From Eledone cirrhosa (Eukaryota): a stretch of 64,000 nucleotides of DNA. The DNA lies in assembly GCA_964016885.1 (NCBI GenBank), contig OZ024746.1:29140001-29204000 (forward strand), in the 5' to 3' direction. The notes below the pieces were generated by a model, which worked only from the letters and a program-made list of their open reading frames with translations, had not been told where the DNA came from and searched no databases. This document shows positions 42,598 through 56,508 of this stretch, piece after piece; within the stretch, counting starts at the first letter, position 1, and each line of letters opens with the position of its first letter. The translations under genes were made by a program, and so were the position numbers.

Positions 42598-44440
42598 ATA
42601 GAAAGATTTGAATGGATACAGTTTAGTTGAAAGGAATTTATTGACACGTGTTTCTGTAACAGTTACATAACCTGAAAACAGCTGCTATCTACAAAAGTTT
42701 TAGTTATGCAGACATTCAATATTTCAATGTTATTATTTACTGTCATTTCATCAGAATAATATTATTTGTTTCTACTTTAGGCACAAGGCCAGCAATTACC
42801 CAGTTCATTACTGGTACTTTATTTTATCGACCCCGTAAGGATGAAAGGCAAAGTCAACCTCGGCGGGATTTGAACTCAGATCGTAAAGGGACGTAACTAT
42901 GCTGGAAAGCATGGCGTCCGACCCTCTACCGATACTGCCAATCCATAATATTATTGAGGACCTATTTGGTTTTTATAGAGAATATTAGGAGGGAGGGGTG
43001 AAGTTGTTAGAAGAATAGTTGAGGGGGTGGTTTGTTGATAGCAGTGAGAATTTTTTGGTGGCAGTGAGTAATTAGATTCCCATCTGTTGTTTTGACATTT
43101 TTATAGAATATATTATTGGTTATTTTTCTAAATTTATAGAAGGATTAGAGATAGTAAAGATATGCGTGGTTGGTTTTGTGTTTGCACTTAATTAACATTC
43201 AGACTTAAATTTTTCTTTCAAGTGTACGTATCCTTTCACCCACGCATTCACACACAAATATATTTGCACACCTCTACAAAATACATATACTCACATTCAC
43301 ATATTCATACTTACATACATATACACATGTATACATATATATATACACACATGTATTCATGTACATACATACGCGTTCATGTGTATACATTTTCATACTC
43401 AACTTATCTTTATATACACACGCATAGACACACACATATATACATACATACTCTAGTCTATGTGTACACATATACATATACATACACATCTATACATATA
43501 TATACACACATATATATATACATATATATATATACATAAGCACTTTAATACATGAATACACTTACATCCTACTATACACATCTAACATATATATATATTT
43601 ACTTATTTATATACATTTTCACATATATATACATACTTATGGACGTTTTTAGACACATTCATTATCGCATATTTGCACCTATTTTCATCAGCATATCTTT
43701 CCATTATTAGTGTGGTAATTTAAGGTTATTAATATATGTTGAGAAGAGATTGTTTTTATATTTTTCTAACTAGAATGAGGTTTATATAGTTGGGGGGATG
43801 TCCCTCTTTTATGTAATATTCGGCTTGTAGTGGGAAAAAAGGGTTTTAGTTCTGTGACGGCAGAATAATGTTCGTTCAATTCTGTTATTCAGCAACTTCT
43901 TCTTGTGTGTGATTATGTAATAAATCTCAAGATTACATAATTTGCAGAAATGTTGGCTCCTGGAAAAGCTTTGGGTTTTAGCTAATTTCTCCCATTTTAG
44001 AGTAAACTTTTGATCACTATCCCTGAGCGTCCAAGCTTTTTCTGCTAAAGTTGTTACATTTCTTTGGCTCTGGTGTTTTATTGAATAAGAATGCCCTCAA
44101 CTATTCTTCTAACAACTTCACCCCTCCCTCCTAATATTCTCTATAAAAACCAAATAGGTCCTCAATAATATTATTCTGATGAAATGACAGTAAATAATAA
44201 CATTGAAATATTGAATGTCTGCATAACTAAAACTTTTGTAGATAGCAGCTGTTTTCAGGTTATGTAACTGTTACAGAAACACGTGTCAATAAATTCCTTT
44301 CAACTAAACTGTATCCATTCAAATCTTTCTATTTTTCTCCGGATTACTTTTGGAACTACAACTGGAACCGTCGAGCAAACTTTACGTGAGCTGTCAATCT
44401 ACTGTGTGTAATATTTATATTACAATACAACGGAAAATAC
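42598..44440 (-). mobile_element. 5'-truncated Penelope-like element with inverted pseudo-LTRs and HHR motifs
   Basis: Start-less open frame 44096->43809 (HSYSIKH...TTLAEKAWTLRD...LKWEKL...CKLCNLEIYYII...LNNRIERTLFCRH) resembles a PLE GIY-YIG C-terminus. Inverted repeats at 42598-43023 and 44094-44332 each contain a CTGATGA..GAAA core. Confidence 0.8.
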
Positions 44441-44559
44441 TGTATATATATATATATATATATACATATGTATAATACACAATAGTACTTTTGGCAGCAT
44501 ATAGTATATGTAATAGTACTTTTTGTAGTGTGGTATATACATGGTCTACTAACTGAACA

Positions 44560-45510
44560 GGAATGGTGAAGATTTCTTTGAATTAGGTTTACACTCACAG
44601 AAGACCTGAAGAAGATGGAGGACTACTATTCCAACTGGCGCCTTCAGTCCGTCCCAAACAATACCACTGTGACAACCTTCCATTTCAGTACTACACAAGC
44701 TAGGATGGAACTCAAGGTCCTTCAGTGGTAGACCTGTCAAGAATGAACCACACCTCAAATATCTTGGTGTAACATTGGACTGTATCCTGACCTAGCAAGA
44801 GCACCTAAAATGGGTTGCCAGAAAGTTCAAGACCAGGATTAATACCATCCACAAGTTAGCAGGAAACAGCTGGGGGTCTGATGCACACACACACTCCAAA
44901 CTGTGTTTAACACTTGCATACTCCGTTGCAGAATACTGTTCAACTAGGCAGGGAGCTGCCATGCCAAGCAAGTTGACACCATCCTCAACTCAGCAATAAG
45001 AATAGTATCTGGCATACTGAAATCTACACCTACTCAGTGGCTCCCTTCCCTTTCCCATACAGCTCTTTCTCACATGCAGCGTCAGATGATCCACAAAGCA
45101 GCACTTCTTACCAAGTCCAAGCCCAAACTTTCCATCCATGAATACCTGGAAAACCTTCCCAACATGCACTTAAAATTATAGAAACCATTCTGGGAATCAA
45201 TGAAGACCCTCCAAAACAATAACTGAAGGAAGAGTGGCAAAGATCATGGAATGAGTCTAAATTTGCCAACCAGGACCTCATCCAGGACCCCACATCTAAA
45301 CCAGCCAGCTTTGGCCTTCCTCGAAAGCAATGGATATACCTTATCTAATCTGCACAACATATGCCAGCACAGCCCATCATCTCCATCATATGACTGTGGG
45401 GATCTTGACCAGACAGTGCTGCATATTGTTCAGGATTGCCCCTCAAGACATTTTCCTGCTGACTTGGAGACCTTCGCTAATACTTCAAATGATACCTTAG
45501 TCTAGCTCAC
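44560..45510 (+). mobile_element. Degraded non-LTR RT 3' fragment (Ingi/Vingi-like)
   Basis: KYLGVTLD...HKLAGNSWGS...AYSVAEYC and a C-terminal CG...QTVLHIVQDCP motif, with multiple stops and frameshifts. Confidence 0.65.
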
Positions 45511-46059
45511 CAATTTCAATCTGTCTCTCTATACATATGTCATATGGCAAGAAGATTAGTAATGGTAAACTAGACTTTGTAAATATGAAACATCGGTGGC
45601 TTTCACTGAACTCTACGTTGACTGTCAGTGGATATATATATATATAGTCGTATATACATACACATATACATACACACATCCATACATATAGACACACACA
45701 CATATATATGCATATACATACATACATACATACGCACATATATTTATGTATATGTCTGTGTATGTATGTGTGTCTCTATCTTTTCGTTAATCAATACTGT
45801 TTGTCAGTTTAATCTTCTAATCGATATTTTATTTATCTTACATAAGATAATAAATACATCCAATTGCTTGACCTTTCTCAATCAGAACTATTGATCAGTA
45901 AGTGATTATCTATATTGATATTTAAAGAAGCAATAATCGTTGCTGCACCATACAACCTATCAGAGAATTTGACATAATTCATGGAACTTGTAGGTGGTCT
46001 CTTGCCCTGCTAGAAATAGCACTAAGTTGCCTTTAGATTATACAGTGTATAACTACAAT

Positions 46060-46385
46060 AGTCCTAGATATAATATATGACCAAAATAAGACTTAGACTG
46101 TATAACCAAAATAGTCCTAGATACACTGTGTGAATAAAATAGCCCTAGATATACTGTATGACCAAAATAGTTCTAGCTACACTGTATTACTAAAATAGCC
46201 CTAGCTATACTGTATGACCAAAATAGTCCTAGATATATTGTATTACTAAAATAGCCCTAGATACACAATATAATGAAAATATTCCTAGATACAGTGTATG
46301 ACTAAAATATTCCTAGATACAGTGTATGACCAAAATAGCCCCAGATATACTGTATGACTAAAATAGTTCTAGAAACACTGCATGA
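46060..46385. repeat. 28-bp minisatellite
   Basis: Units resemble tagatatactgtatgaccaaaatagtcc. Confidence 0.85.
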
Positions 46386-47419
46386 ATAAAAGACGAGATG
46401 GTCACGATTGGAAGGTCTTTGGTTGTAAGCTGAATCAGAGCTTACATTTAATATACAATGTTAAGGCAGGCAGAGGCATGCCTCTGAGGTTAAGAGGTTT
46501 ACTTCGTAACTCTATAGTTTTGGCTTCAATCTCACTGCACAGCAGCCTGGGCAACTATCTTTTCCCATAGCCCCAGATTAAACAAAACATTTTAAGAGGA
46601 ATTTGGAAAAAAGGAAATTACATGGAAGCCCATTAGAGAGAGCCTTCATAGAGTGGGTTGCTAGACAGAAACTAAGTAGAAGCCAGTTGGAGGTACTATT
46701 TCTATATTGGGTTGGTAAAATATTGCCCTTGACCATTTGTTGTCTTCAGCACTTCGTTGTCTTCAACACTTCTTGTCCCAGAGGTACAGGCTTATCCTTC
46801 TTTGCTAAACTGTAGAGGACAATAACAACAACAACATTGTCTCTTGCTCTCCCTCACTAAAGAATAATAGCAACAACTGCCAAGATACACCAGAACTTTA
46901 GACACAATAAAGAAAAATGAATGTTTTTGCTAAGACCACAATAGGAAAGATTAGGAAAGATAAGGTATGTCCCTAAGCCTTTTGACCAGCAACAGTACAC
47001 AATCTATGGTAATAATATATGGCTTGACACAATGATTTGTAGATCATGTTCTTTAGTTCTACCACATCTGATGGAGGATACAAAACATTTGGTTATTGAT
47101 TTCTTCATAAATTCAGAAGGATGTAGACAGCTTCTGATGGGGATGTCAACAAAGAATGACATTCAGGTGAAGCTCTTCCTAGTTTTCAATCTATGGAGAA
47201 ATAGGTAAATAAAACATGCTTATATGGTTAAATATATTTAGAATGTTTTTAAATAAACATAGCTCACAGATTCAGTCAAAATCCTGTACTGTTTGTGTAT
47301 AGATAGAAATTTATAAAAAAACATTATAATAATATGATTCATATAAATTTGATGAAGCACTTTCAAAAAAGATATTTCTATATTTATTGACTTTTTATAG
47401 TAATATATTTTACCATTCT

Positions 47420-48009
47420 AATTAACTCATTCATTGCCATATTTCTAATGAAAAACACTGCCTAAGTCATTAACCTTTCATTACCATATTTCTAATGAAA
47501 AACACTGCCTATGTCATTAACACTTTATCATATTTCTAATGAAAGACACTATGTCATTAACCCTTTCATTACAATATTTCTAATGTAAAACACTACCTAC
47601 GCCATTAATGTTTTATTACCATATATCTAATGAAAGTCACTGACTAATATGAAAACTTTCATTACAATATTTCTAATGGAAGACACTACTTATGTCATTA
47701 ACATATTTCGAATTAAAGACACTACATATGTCGTTAACCATTTCTTTACCATTTTTTTTTTTTTTTTTGCCGTGGCACCTCTACGACCACTTTGAAGTAG
47801 AATGATAGAGACCCCAGTCCCTATCATCTCATTTCTACAGCTGAGTAAACTGGAGCAATGTGAAATAAAGTCTCTTGCTCAAGGATGTGTTGTTTCCTTG
47901 AGCAAGAGACTTTATTTCACATTGCTCCAGTTTACTCAGCTGTAGAAATGAGATGATAGGGACTGGGGTCTCTATCATACCACTTCAAAGTGGTCGTGGA
48001 GGTGCCACG

Positions 48010-48043
<34 letters not shown>

Positions 48044-48440
48044 CACCCACCACTCACTGTAAATGAGGTTGGTGTTAGAAAGGGCATCCAGCTGTAGAAA
48101 TCATGCCAGAATCAGTTCCCGTCCCACCCTTGCAAGCAGGGAAAAGCAGACGTAAAATGAAATGATGATGATTTCTAATGAAAGACATTGCCTGTTTTCC
48201 CTTTCATTACAATATTCCTAATGAAAAACACAGCCTATGTCATTACCATATTTCTAATGGAACACAATCCTTATGCCATTACCATATTTCTAATGAAAGA
48301 CACTACCTGTTTTTAACCCATTCATTACCATATTTCTATGGAACAACACTACCTATGTCATTAAGCCTTTTGTTACCATATTTCTAATGAAAGACACTGC
48401 CAATGTAATTAACCCTCTCATTGCGATATTTCTAAAGATT
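47420..48440. repeat. ~48-bp satellite interrupted by a foldback SINE; inverted copies at ~54770-54965
   Basis: Units resemble ttaaccctttcattaccatatttctaatgaaagacactgcctatgtca. Confidence 0.75.
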
Positions 48441-50109
48441 GACACTATTATTTTCAAATAATTTTCAAAATAATAAAGAATTTGAAAGTATTTAGTAATA
48501 TATCTAACTTTCTCGTTATTAAACTGGTGGTATTTGGAACATAATTTATCAAAATTTCTCATATAAACATACTTTGAAATAAGGTTTTGTATAATGAAAT
48601 GAGGTGATTTCAAGCAGTTTTATATCAAAATGGTTGGAGCTAAATATCTGATCGATATCACTGGTAAATGTTAAATCTAATTTGATGATTGATAGCTTGC
48701 ACTGACAATCGATGACAGCTAAACAACTAATTCCCTTGAACTGTACAGAAGAAATCAAAACTTGTTTGAGTACTGCCTGTGTTCATTCAGCCATAAATTA
48801 TATTCCATCAACCGTGAATCTCACTACTTAGGAGGCCGGCGGGAGTCGGTTCAGTAGTTTTAGTTGTTGTTGTTGTTACAGTTATTATTGTCACTGTTGT
48901 TGCTACTGTTGTTACTGTTACTGTTCCTGTTTTTGTTACTGTTGTTACCCTTGATGTTCTTGTTGTTGTCTAATTAAAACTTAATCATCAAATAGTTATT
49001 GCAAAAGAAAAAAAAATAATAATCTCCAAATAGACTGTTGACTTTTCCTTTGTAGTGGCTTATCTCTCTCTGCCTATCTGTATATCTATCTATCTCTCTT
49101 CCTACCTATGCGTGTGCGTGTGTGTTATATACAGACATATAGGCTGTACCACCTTTTCTTTTTCACTTACACTGAACTGCTTCACATTCACTCTCTCGCG
49201 CACACAAAGACAGATGGAGAGAGAGAGAAAAAAGAGAGATAGATAGACAGGCAGACAAAGACCAAGCTTCAGAGTGAGAAAGAGAGAACTGGGCTGTGTT
49301 GCTGTTGCTCCACCCTCATTTCCAACCGTTTGTTCAACAGAACAGCCAGTTTGTAGATTTAAGATGCAAGTGGCTAAGCATTTCACAGACATGTATAAAC
49401 TTCACACAATTCTCAGGAAGATTCAGCATGACATTTTGTGCGACAAGAGTAACACTGAATTACTTTTGCCAGCTGAGTGAACTAAAGTAAAGTGGAAGAA
49501 AGTGTCTTTCTTTTCCCATTGTATAGCAATTCTAATGTAAATTGTGGCTGTGTTTAACATCATTGATGTTGAAATTCTATGACAAGATGCTAAGGGATTC
49601 TGTGAACCTCGTTGTTTCTGCTACCCAATCACTAATGTTGACAGAAAGGAAATGGAGCATGAGGAAAACTGTTGATGTGGAACTACAACTTTATAACAGT
49701 ATTGAAGAAGGCTACACCAATACAAATAGGAGATTAAATATTAAAACTAATTATAAAAACGTTGTTTAAATGTTACCTCGAAAATGTTTAATTAGTCCTT
49801 AATATTTCGGAAATAAATCCCCTTGTCAAATGAAAAAGTTAAGAAACTATATCAGAACAGGAAAGCTGTGTTTACTTTATGATGACAGTTAAATTATGAA
49901 TGGTGTTAAGGGAATGAGGGGTATTTATTTATTTAAATCATATACTGGTAGTTGAATTATAGATTTAAATGAATGTATAGTTTGTCCAAGGACTAATTAA
50001 ATATTTATAAAATATTGTTACTTTGCTATTATTTTTTACATTTAATGTCCTATTTACATTGCTATATCCTCATAAAATTCTGTGTCCTACACATTCCACC
50101 ATGCTTTAA

Positions 50110-50329
50110 CCCTTTAGCATTTACATTACTCTATATATACTATTGTATTTTGTGGTAAAGGCTTTATCTTAGATAATTATCTCCCAAAATGTCGAATCTA
50201 CAAGATTTTGATATTATTTATTTTGAGAACAATACCTTAACATAAGTATGAGTGGCCAGTTACAGCTGGTTTGAATAGAAAGAGGTGAGAGAATTCTGGC
50301 TAGATACGGCTGGTTTAAATACTAAAGGG
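50110..50329. mobile_element. 220-bp piggyBac-like MITE
   Basis: TTAA target duplication; TIR ccctttagcattta / taaatactaaaggg. Confidence 0.75.
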
Positions 50330-51363
50330 TTAAGTAAATTACAACGCCCTCCTATAATGACTTTTAATTTAGACACAAGGCCAGCAATTCGCAGGAAGGG
50401 GAAAGTCAATTATATCAACTTCAGTACTTAACTGGTATTATATTTTATCAACCCTGAAAGGATGAAAAAGATAGTTGATCTCTGCCCAATTTGAACTGAG
50501 GATGTAAAGATTGGAACGAATTATGCAAATTATTTCATGTTACTCCAGTGCACCAAGATGAAAAAATAAATAGCAGTAATATCTGGAGATTAACCACACA
50601 ATGGACAATAATTGCCACACACATTACATTAATTACAATAAAACAAATTAATTACTACACTACATACATAATTTACCACACATCATATAAATTACCACAC
50701 CATATGTTAATTATTATCCCACTATATAAACATTGATTACATCACATATATTTGTTTCTACTTTAGGCACAAAGCCAGCAATTACCCAGTTCATTACTGG
50801 TACTTTATTTTATCGACCCCGTAAGGATGAAAGGCAAAGTCAACCTCGGCGGGATTTGAACTCAGATCGTAAAGGGACGTAACTATGCTGGAAAGCATGG
50901 CGTCCGACCCTCTACCGATACTGCCACATATATTGATTAGCACACACACTATAGATTAATTACAACAGCACATATATTAATTAGTAGATAATATTGATAA
51001 ATAATTGGGACAACTTTGGTAAATTAAAACTTCAGTAATTAAATTGTTTTATTTCACGAGTAAACTACCAGGCTCAGTTCAACATACACCAGTAGTCAGG
51101 CAACTCAGTCAGTACATATAGATGATGATGATGATGGTATGTGTGTGTGTGTGTGTGAGTGAGTGTATGTAGTTGATTAGAAACTGCAGCATCTTGAATC
51201 ATAACTCTAAGTGTTACATTCCTGAGTTAAAAGTCTCCACAGTTGAAAGAATGAAACTGAGTCATAAAACAAAGAAGTTTCAGCTTCTAATAGAATACAC
51301 ACACACACACAAACATATATATATATACCCACACACACACACATATATATACATAATATAATG

Positions 51364-51397
<34 letters not shown>

Positions 51398-51479
51398 TAT
51401 ATCATATTCATTTTGTATGATTTTTCGTCTTTAGCTACACGGGACTCTGTACACACACATATATATATACATACATACA

Positions 51480-51903
51480 CAGGGTGTACCCCAAAAATGT
51501 ATAAATACTTTGATTACCTGTACAGGCAATATTTATTACAATGCACAGCCCAAATATAAAATGATCTACAGAAATAATTCAATTGCATGTAAACACCCAA
51601 AAATGTTTACATAGTTTAAATAATTGTTTCTACTTTAGGCACAAGGCCAGCAATTACCCAGTGTATTACTGGTACTTTATTTTATCGACCCCGTAAGGAT
51701 GAAAGGCAAAGTCAACCTCGGCGGGATTTGAACTCAGATCGTAAAGGGACGTAACTATGCTGGAAAACATGGCGTCCGACCCTCTACTGATACTGCCAAT
51801 CCACCGCCCTTACATAGTTTAAATAATGCATATAAAACAGAATTAACTTTAATGCATTTTTTGGGGCTGTTGGAGTGTGTATACATTTTTGGGGAACACC
51901 CTG
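51480..51903. mobile_element. Longer member of the same MITE family, containing a nested SINE
   Basis: Same TIRs. SINE at 51625-51809 is flanked by an 18-bp TSD (ttacatagtttaaataat). Confidence 0.7.
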
Positions 51904-52067
51904 TGTGTGTGTGTGTAGACATATATATGTCTGTGTGTGTATATATATACTCTATTTTGTGTATTGAGAACTTTGTTTCTTCCTTGTTTGTAAACACAAA
52001 CATCCACCAATCCATAGACATATGTGTATGTGTGTGTGTGTGTGTGTGAGTGAGTGTGTAGATGTTT

Positions 52068-52219
52068 TCAATACTGTGATGGCTGATAGTTGTTGTATTG
52101 TGGGCCAGGTTGCCCTAACTGTCTTTGTAATTGAGCCACAAGGTGTTGTTGTGTGGTGGCCTGCATCTGACTATTGGGCATGACCAGCATGCGTTGTGGT
52201 GGTTGTGGTGCTTGTGATG

Positions 52220-52253
<34 letters not shown>

Positions 52254-52288
52254 CTGTTGGTGTTGCTGCTGTTGCTGTTGTTGTAGTA

Positions 52289-52319
<31 letters not shown>

Positions 52320-52470
52320 TTGCTGCTGTTGAGCTGGTGGTGGCATACCTTGCATGTAAGCGTGACTCTGCTGTGGCGGGCCTGTGGGACCCAGCTGACT
52401 ATAGCTTGATATTGATCCCATGGAGTTATTGTGCCTCTGTAGGCCACTGGGAGTCATCTGAGGAGGAAGT
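52068..52470 (-). CDS. MED12: MED12 last coding exon with polyQ (OPA-type) tract and TGA stop
   Basis: tttcag| acceptor; reads LPPQMTPSG...Q-run...QPSQY*. Confidence 0.88.
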
Positions 52471-55400
52471 CTGAAACAGAAATCATATTCATATAGTGTC
52501 AAGCAACAATAGTAATAGTTGTTTCTACTTTTGGCACAATGTCAGCAATTTCAACCCCAGTGCATTACGAGTACTTTATTTTATCGTTCCCCATAAAGAT
52601 GAAAAGCAAAGCTAACCTCAGCAGGATTTTAAGTCAGAACGTAAAGAGCTGTAAGTATATACTGCGAAACATGTCCAATGCTCTACCAATTACTGCCAGC
52701 CACTCTAGCACAGAAATAATGCTTTCTTATATAGGCACAAGGCCAGCAATTTGTGGGGAGAGGAAAGTCGATTAAATCGACCCCAGTGTGTGACTGGTAC
52801 TTTATTTTATCAACCCCGTGAGGATGAAAGGCAAAGTTAACCTCGGCGGGATTTGAACTCAGATCATAAAGGGACGTAACCCTATGCTGCAAAGCATGAC
52901 GTCCAACCCTCTACCGATACTGCCAATCCACTGCCCTACTCTACCATATAAATAATAACAATAATAATGTTTTCTAATTTTGGCACAAGGCCAGTAATTT
53001 TGAGGTTAATGGAAAAGTACATAACTGGTAAAAATTTTTTTCAACCGTGAAAGGATGAAAGGCAAAGTTAACGGTAGGATTTGAACTCAGAACTAAATGC
53101 CGCAAAGCATTTTGTTTGATGTACTAATACTGCCAATATTGATAGGATAATTTGGAAATTAATGAGAGCTCATAAAGAACTCCACCCACAGAGTGATGTC
53201 ACAAGACTTTATGTTGGAAGAAAGGAAGGAAGACTAATAAGTTGAGAAAAATATGTCCTAAGCGTAGAAAATAACCTAGCTTAAAATGTAAAGAGTAGCA
53301 TCATGTCAAAAGTGAGAGACTTCGACACACTGAATGCAGTAGCACCTAATGAATGTAAAAGAAATTGAAAGATAAAATTATGCATGGACAGTACACTAGA
53401 GATAAAGTAGGCATTGATTGGGAAAAGAGCTAGTCGTGGCTTAAAAATGGTGATCTGAATGGTTGCATTGAAGCTCTGGTGTGCAGCACCCAGGAGCAGG
53501 CTCTTCGAACTAATTACATTAAACATCATGTTGGCAAAAGGATAAAATCACCTCTATGTAGAATGTGTGGAACAACAGGAGAAATGGTTAGCCATATTGT
53601 AAGTGAATGTGTTAAGTTGGTACAGCGAGAGTACAAAACACAACATGATAATGTTGCTAGATATATCCATTGAATGATATGAGAAATGTGGGTTTGTCAG
53701 AGCAACTAAATAGTATGAGCAGAAAGTGTTAGAGAACGACAAATTTAAGCTTTTGTTAGACTTCACCATCCAATGTGATAGCCAAGTCCTCCTCTAAGAC
53801 TAGATGGGTTAGACAAGTCATCTCCAGTACAGCATACCTCTACTTATCTTTTTGTATTCAGTGAAACACAATCTTTTGACTTGTCTAGAAGAAAAGTAGC
53901 TCTGATGAAGTATTGACTTGGTCTCTAGTGTCAAACGTTGGTGGAGAAATGGATGTAAAATGATGATGGTGTTGATGTTTACGATTATATTTATGATTAC
54001 CTACCTTGAACCACGATTAAAAGCTGCTTGTGCTGTTTGCTGTGGTTGTTGTGCCATAAAGCCAGGACCTTGTCTTTGGGATTGGTTAGCTGGTGGCTGT
54101 ATACCTTGCATCATTGCTGGGTTCTGAGTATTTGGATAACTTTGGCCAAAATTCTGTGGCAACATACCACTGGAGACAGGGTCCATCACGGCTGGCTGTT
54201 GAATTGGGATACCATTGTATGAGTGGTAGCTGGGATTCATACCTACAATATAACAGATATATTTAACCCTGACAATTAGCATACCATTGTATGAGTGGTA
54301 TCTGGGATTCATACCTACAACAAACCAGATATATTTAACACTGACAATTGCTTACAGAGGCAAGTGTTAGTGACAAACTGTTGTTGTTATGCCACACCTG
54401 TATAGGTTAAATCTTATAGGAAGTCTCTTTGATACAAAACAACCTGAACCCACCAGGGTTCGACAATACAAACACCCCTCCCCTTCTTCTTTCGTCCTTT
54501 CTCTCTCTCCCCCACTCTTCTCTTCTTCTTTTCTTCTCTTTATGCTATGAATTCTAATACACTCACGCTTCAACTTGATCTTCGAGAAAACTTTGTTTAC
54601 AAAAATATTTATTTTAAAGTGTTTATATTTATCTAAAAACCTTCCATTATAAATTTATGTAAGAAACTAAGTTATGTTCCAAATACCGGCTTAATAATGT
54701 GAAAGTTGAAAATATTACTCAACCCTAAAATTCTTGTTAATTTTCAAAATTATATAAAATTCCTAGGCAGTATCTTTCATTAGAAATATAGTAATGAAAA
54801 GGATTAAACATAGGCAATGTCTTTCATTAGAAATATGGTAATGAAAGGCTTAATGATATAGGTAGTGTCTTTCATTAGAAATATGGTAATGAAAGGGTTA
54901 AACATAAGCAGTGTCTTTCATTAGAATATTGTAATGAAAGGGTTAAACATAGGCAATGTCTTATATAAAACTATGATAAACGTTTTTTTTTTATAGAGAT
55001 AAACACTTTACAATAAATAGCTTAGTATTGACACACTAAGATAGGTTTCAAGTAGTTTGTTATCAAAAGGGTTACTGTGTTAGAATGCTGCATTTCTTAT
55101 GTTACCTGGGTAATTGAATTGATATGATGTGTCTTGGATAGTTTAGGTTTGTTGTTTACCTTTATTTAATGTTGGGTGGAGTTATGTAAAAGAACAAATA
55201 TATATAATTAATTAACAAATCATTTAATTAGTGAACAAGACCTCACCTTGAGTTTGTGTCATGTGGTGCAAAGTTGCTTGAGGATTTCCAGCTAACTGAG
55301 GGTTGTAATGGGGCTGAGTTTCTGGTGGCGCTCCCACTGGGTGTCCTCGTTGGAGATTTGGCTGGTGCTGTGCTTGGGCTCGCAATGACTGGCGGATAAA

Positions 55401-56477
55401 TTGACTGCGCTGTTTCGACTGCATCATCTGCATGCTGGAGAAAGCTTGTTGCTGTGTATTGTGCTGGATATATCCCTGTGTGGCCGGCTGGCGCGCACGC
55501 AGCATGGTACGTAGCTCTTGCTTGGGACTGTTATACTGCGGAGACGCAAACCTTGCTGTTGCCGGACCTCCTAATGCAATGAACATGTAGTTAAACAGTG
55601 TGGGAGACATGGAGGTTAACAGTGTGGAGGGGCATGGAGGGTGGGGGACATGGACTGTGGGGGACATGGTGGTAAAGAGGATGGGAGACAAGGAAGTATA
55701 CAGGGTGGGGGACATGGAGGTAAACAGAGTGGGAGACATGGAAGTAAAGAGGGTGGAAGTAATGGAAGGTGGGGTACTTGTAGGTAAACAGAGTGGACAA
55801 CTCTCTATGGACACTGGATAATACTCTCTATTATACTCTCTATACAACTACAGCTTTTTACAAGAAAAAATACATGAAAATCCAGCAACATATCTACTGG
55901 ATTTACAGAAGTTCAATTCAAAATATAAGCTAATGTCCCCACATAGTAAAGTGTTACAATACAGTTTGAAAACCTCTACCTTATCCTATATAAATCTTCT
56001 ATATTGTTTTACAATAAAACAATGTGAGAAAGTTAATAAAAGCAAAAAAAAACAACAAACATTTTAAGACCAGTTTCCATTGCCTTGGCTTTCATTTCCT
56101 CCTCTACCATCTTTAATCATGTCTTTCATGGTCATCCTCTTCCTCTACATCCTTCCACATTCATTCCCATCACTACTCTCACCCAGTCAATTTCATCCTT
56201 CGTCAACACATGACCAAATGGTGTATGAGAGTGGTAGTGGTGGTGGTGTATGGTAGTGATACTTACCAGGAGGCAAATGTTGTGTGGAGTAGTAAGGAGA
56301 CTGTTGTTGTGGTGGACCATACCAATTGGGAGGGGGACCAGGTTGGTAGATATCTTGACCATAATTAACTCTATGAGGAATTGGTTGGTGCTGCATCAGG
56401 AAAGATAAGAGCAAAAATGAAAACAATTATTAAATTTTATGTCCTATATATATATATATATATATAGTGGTTAAAAA

Positions 56478-56508
<31 letters not shown>

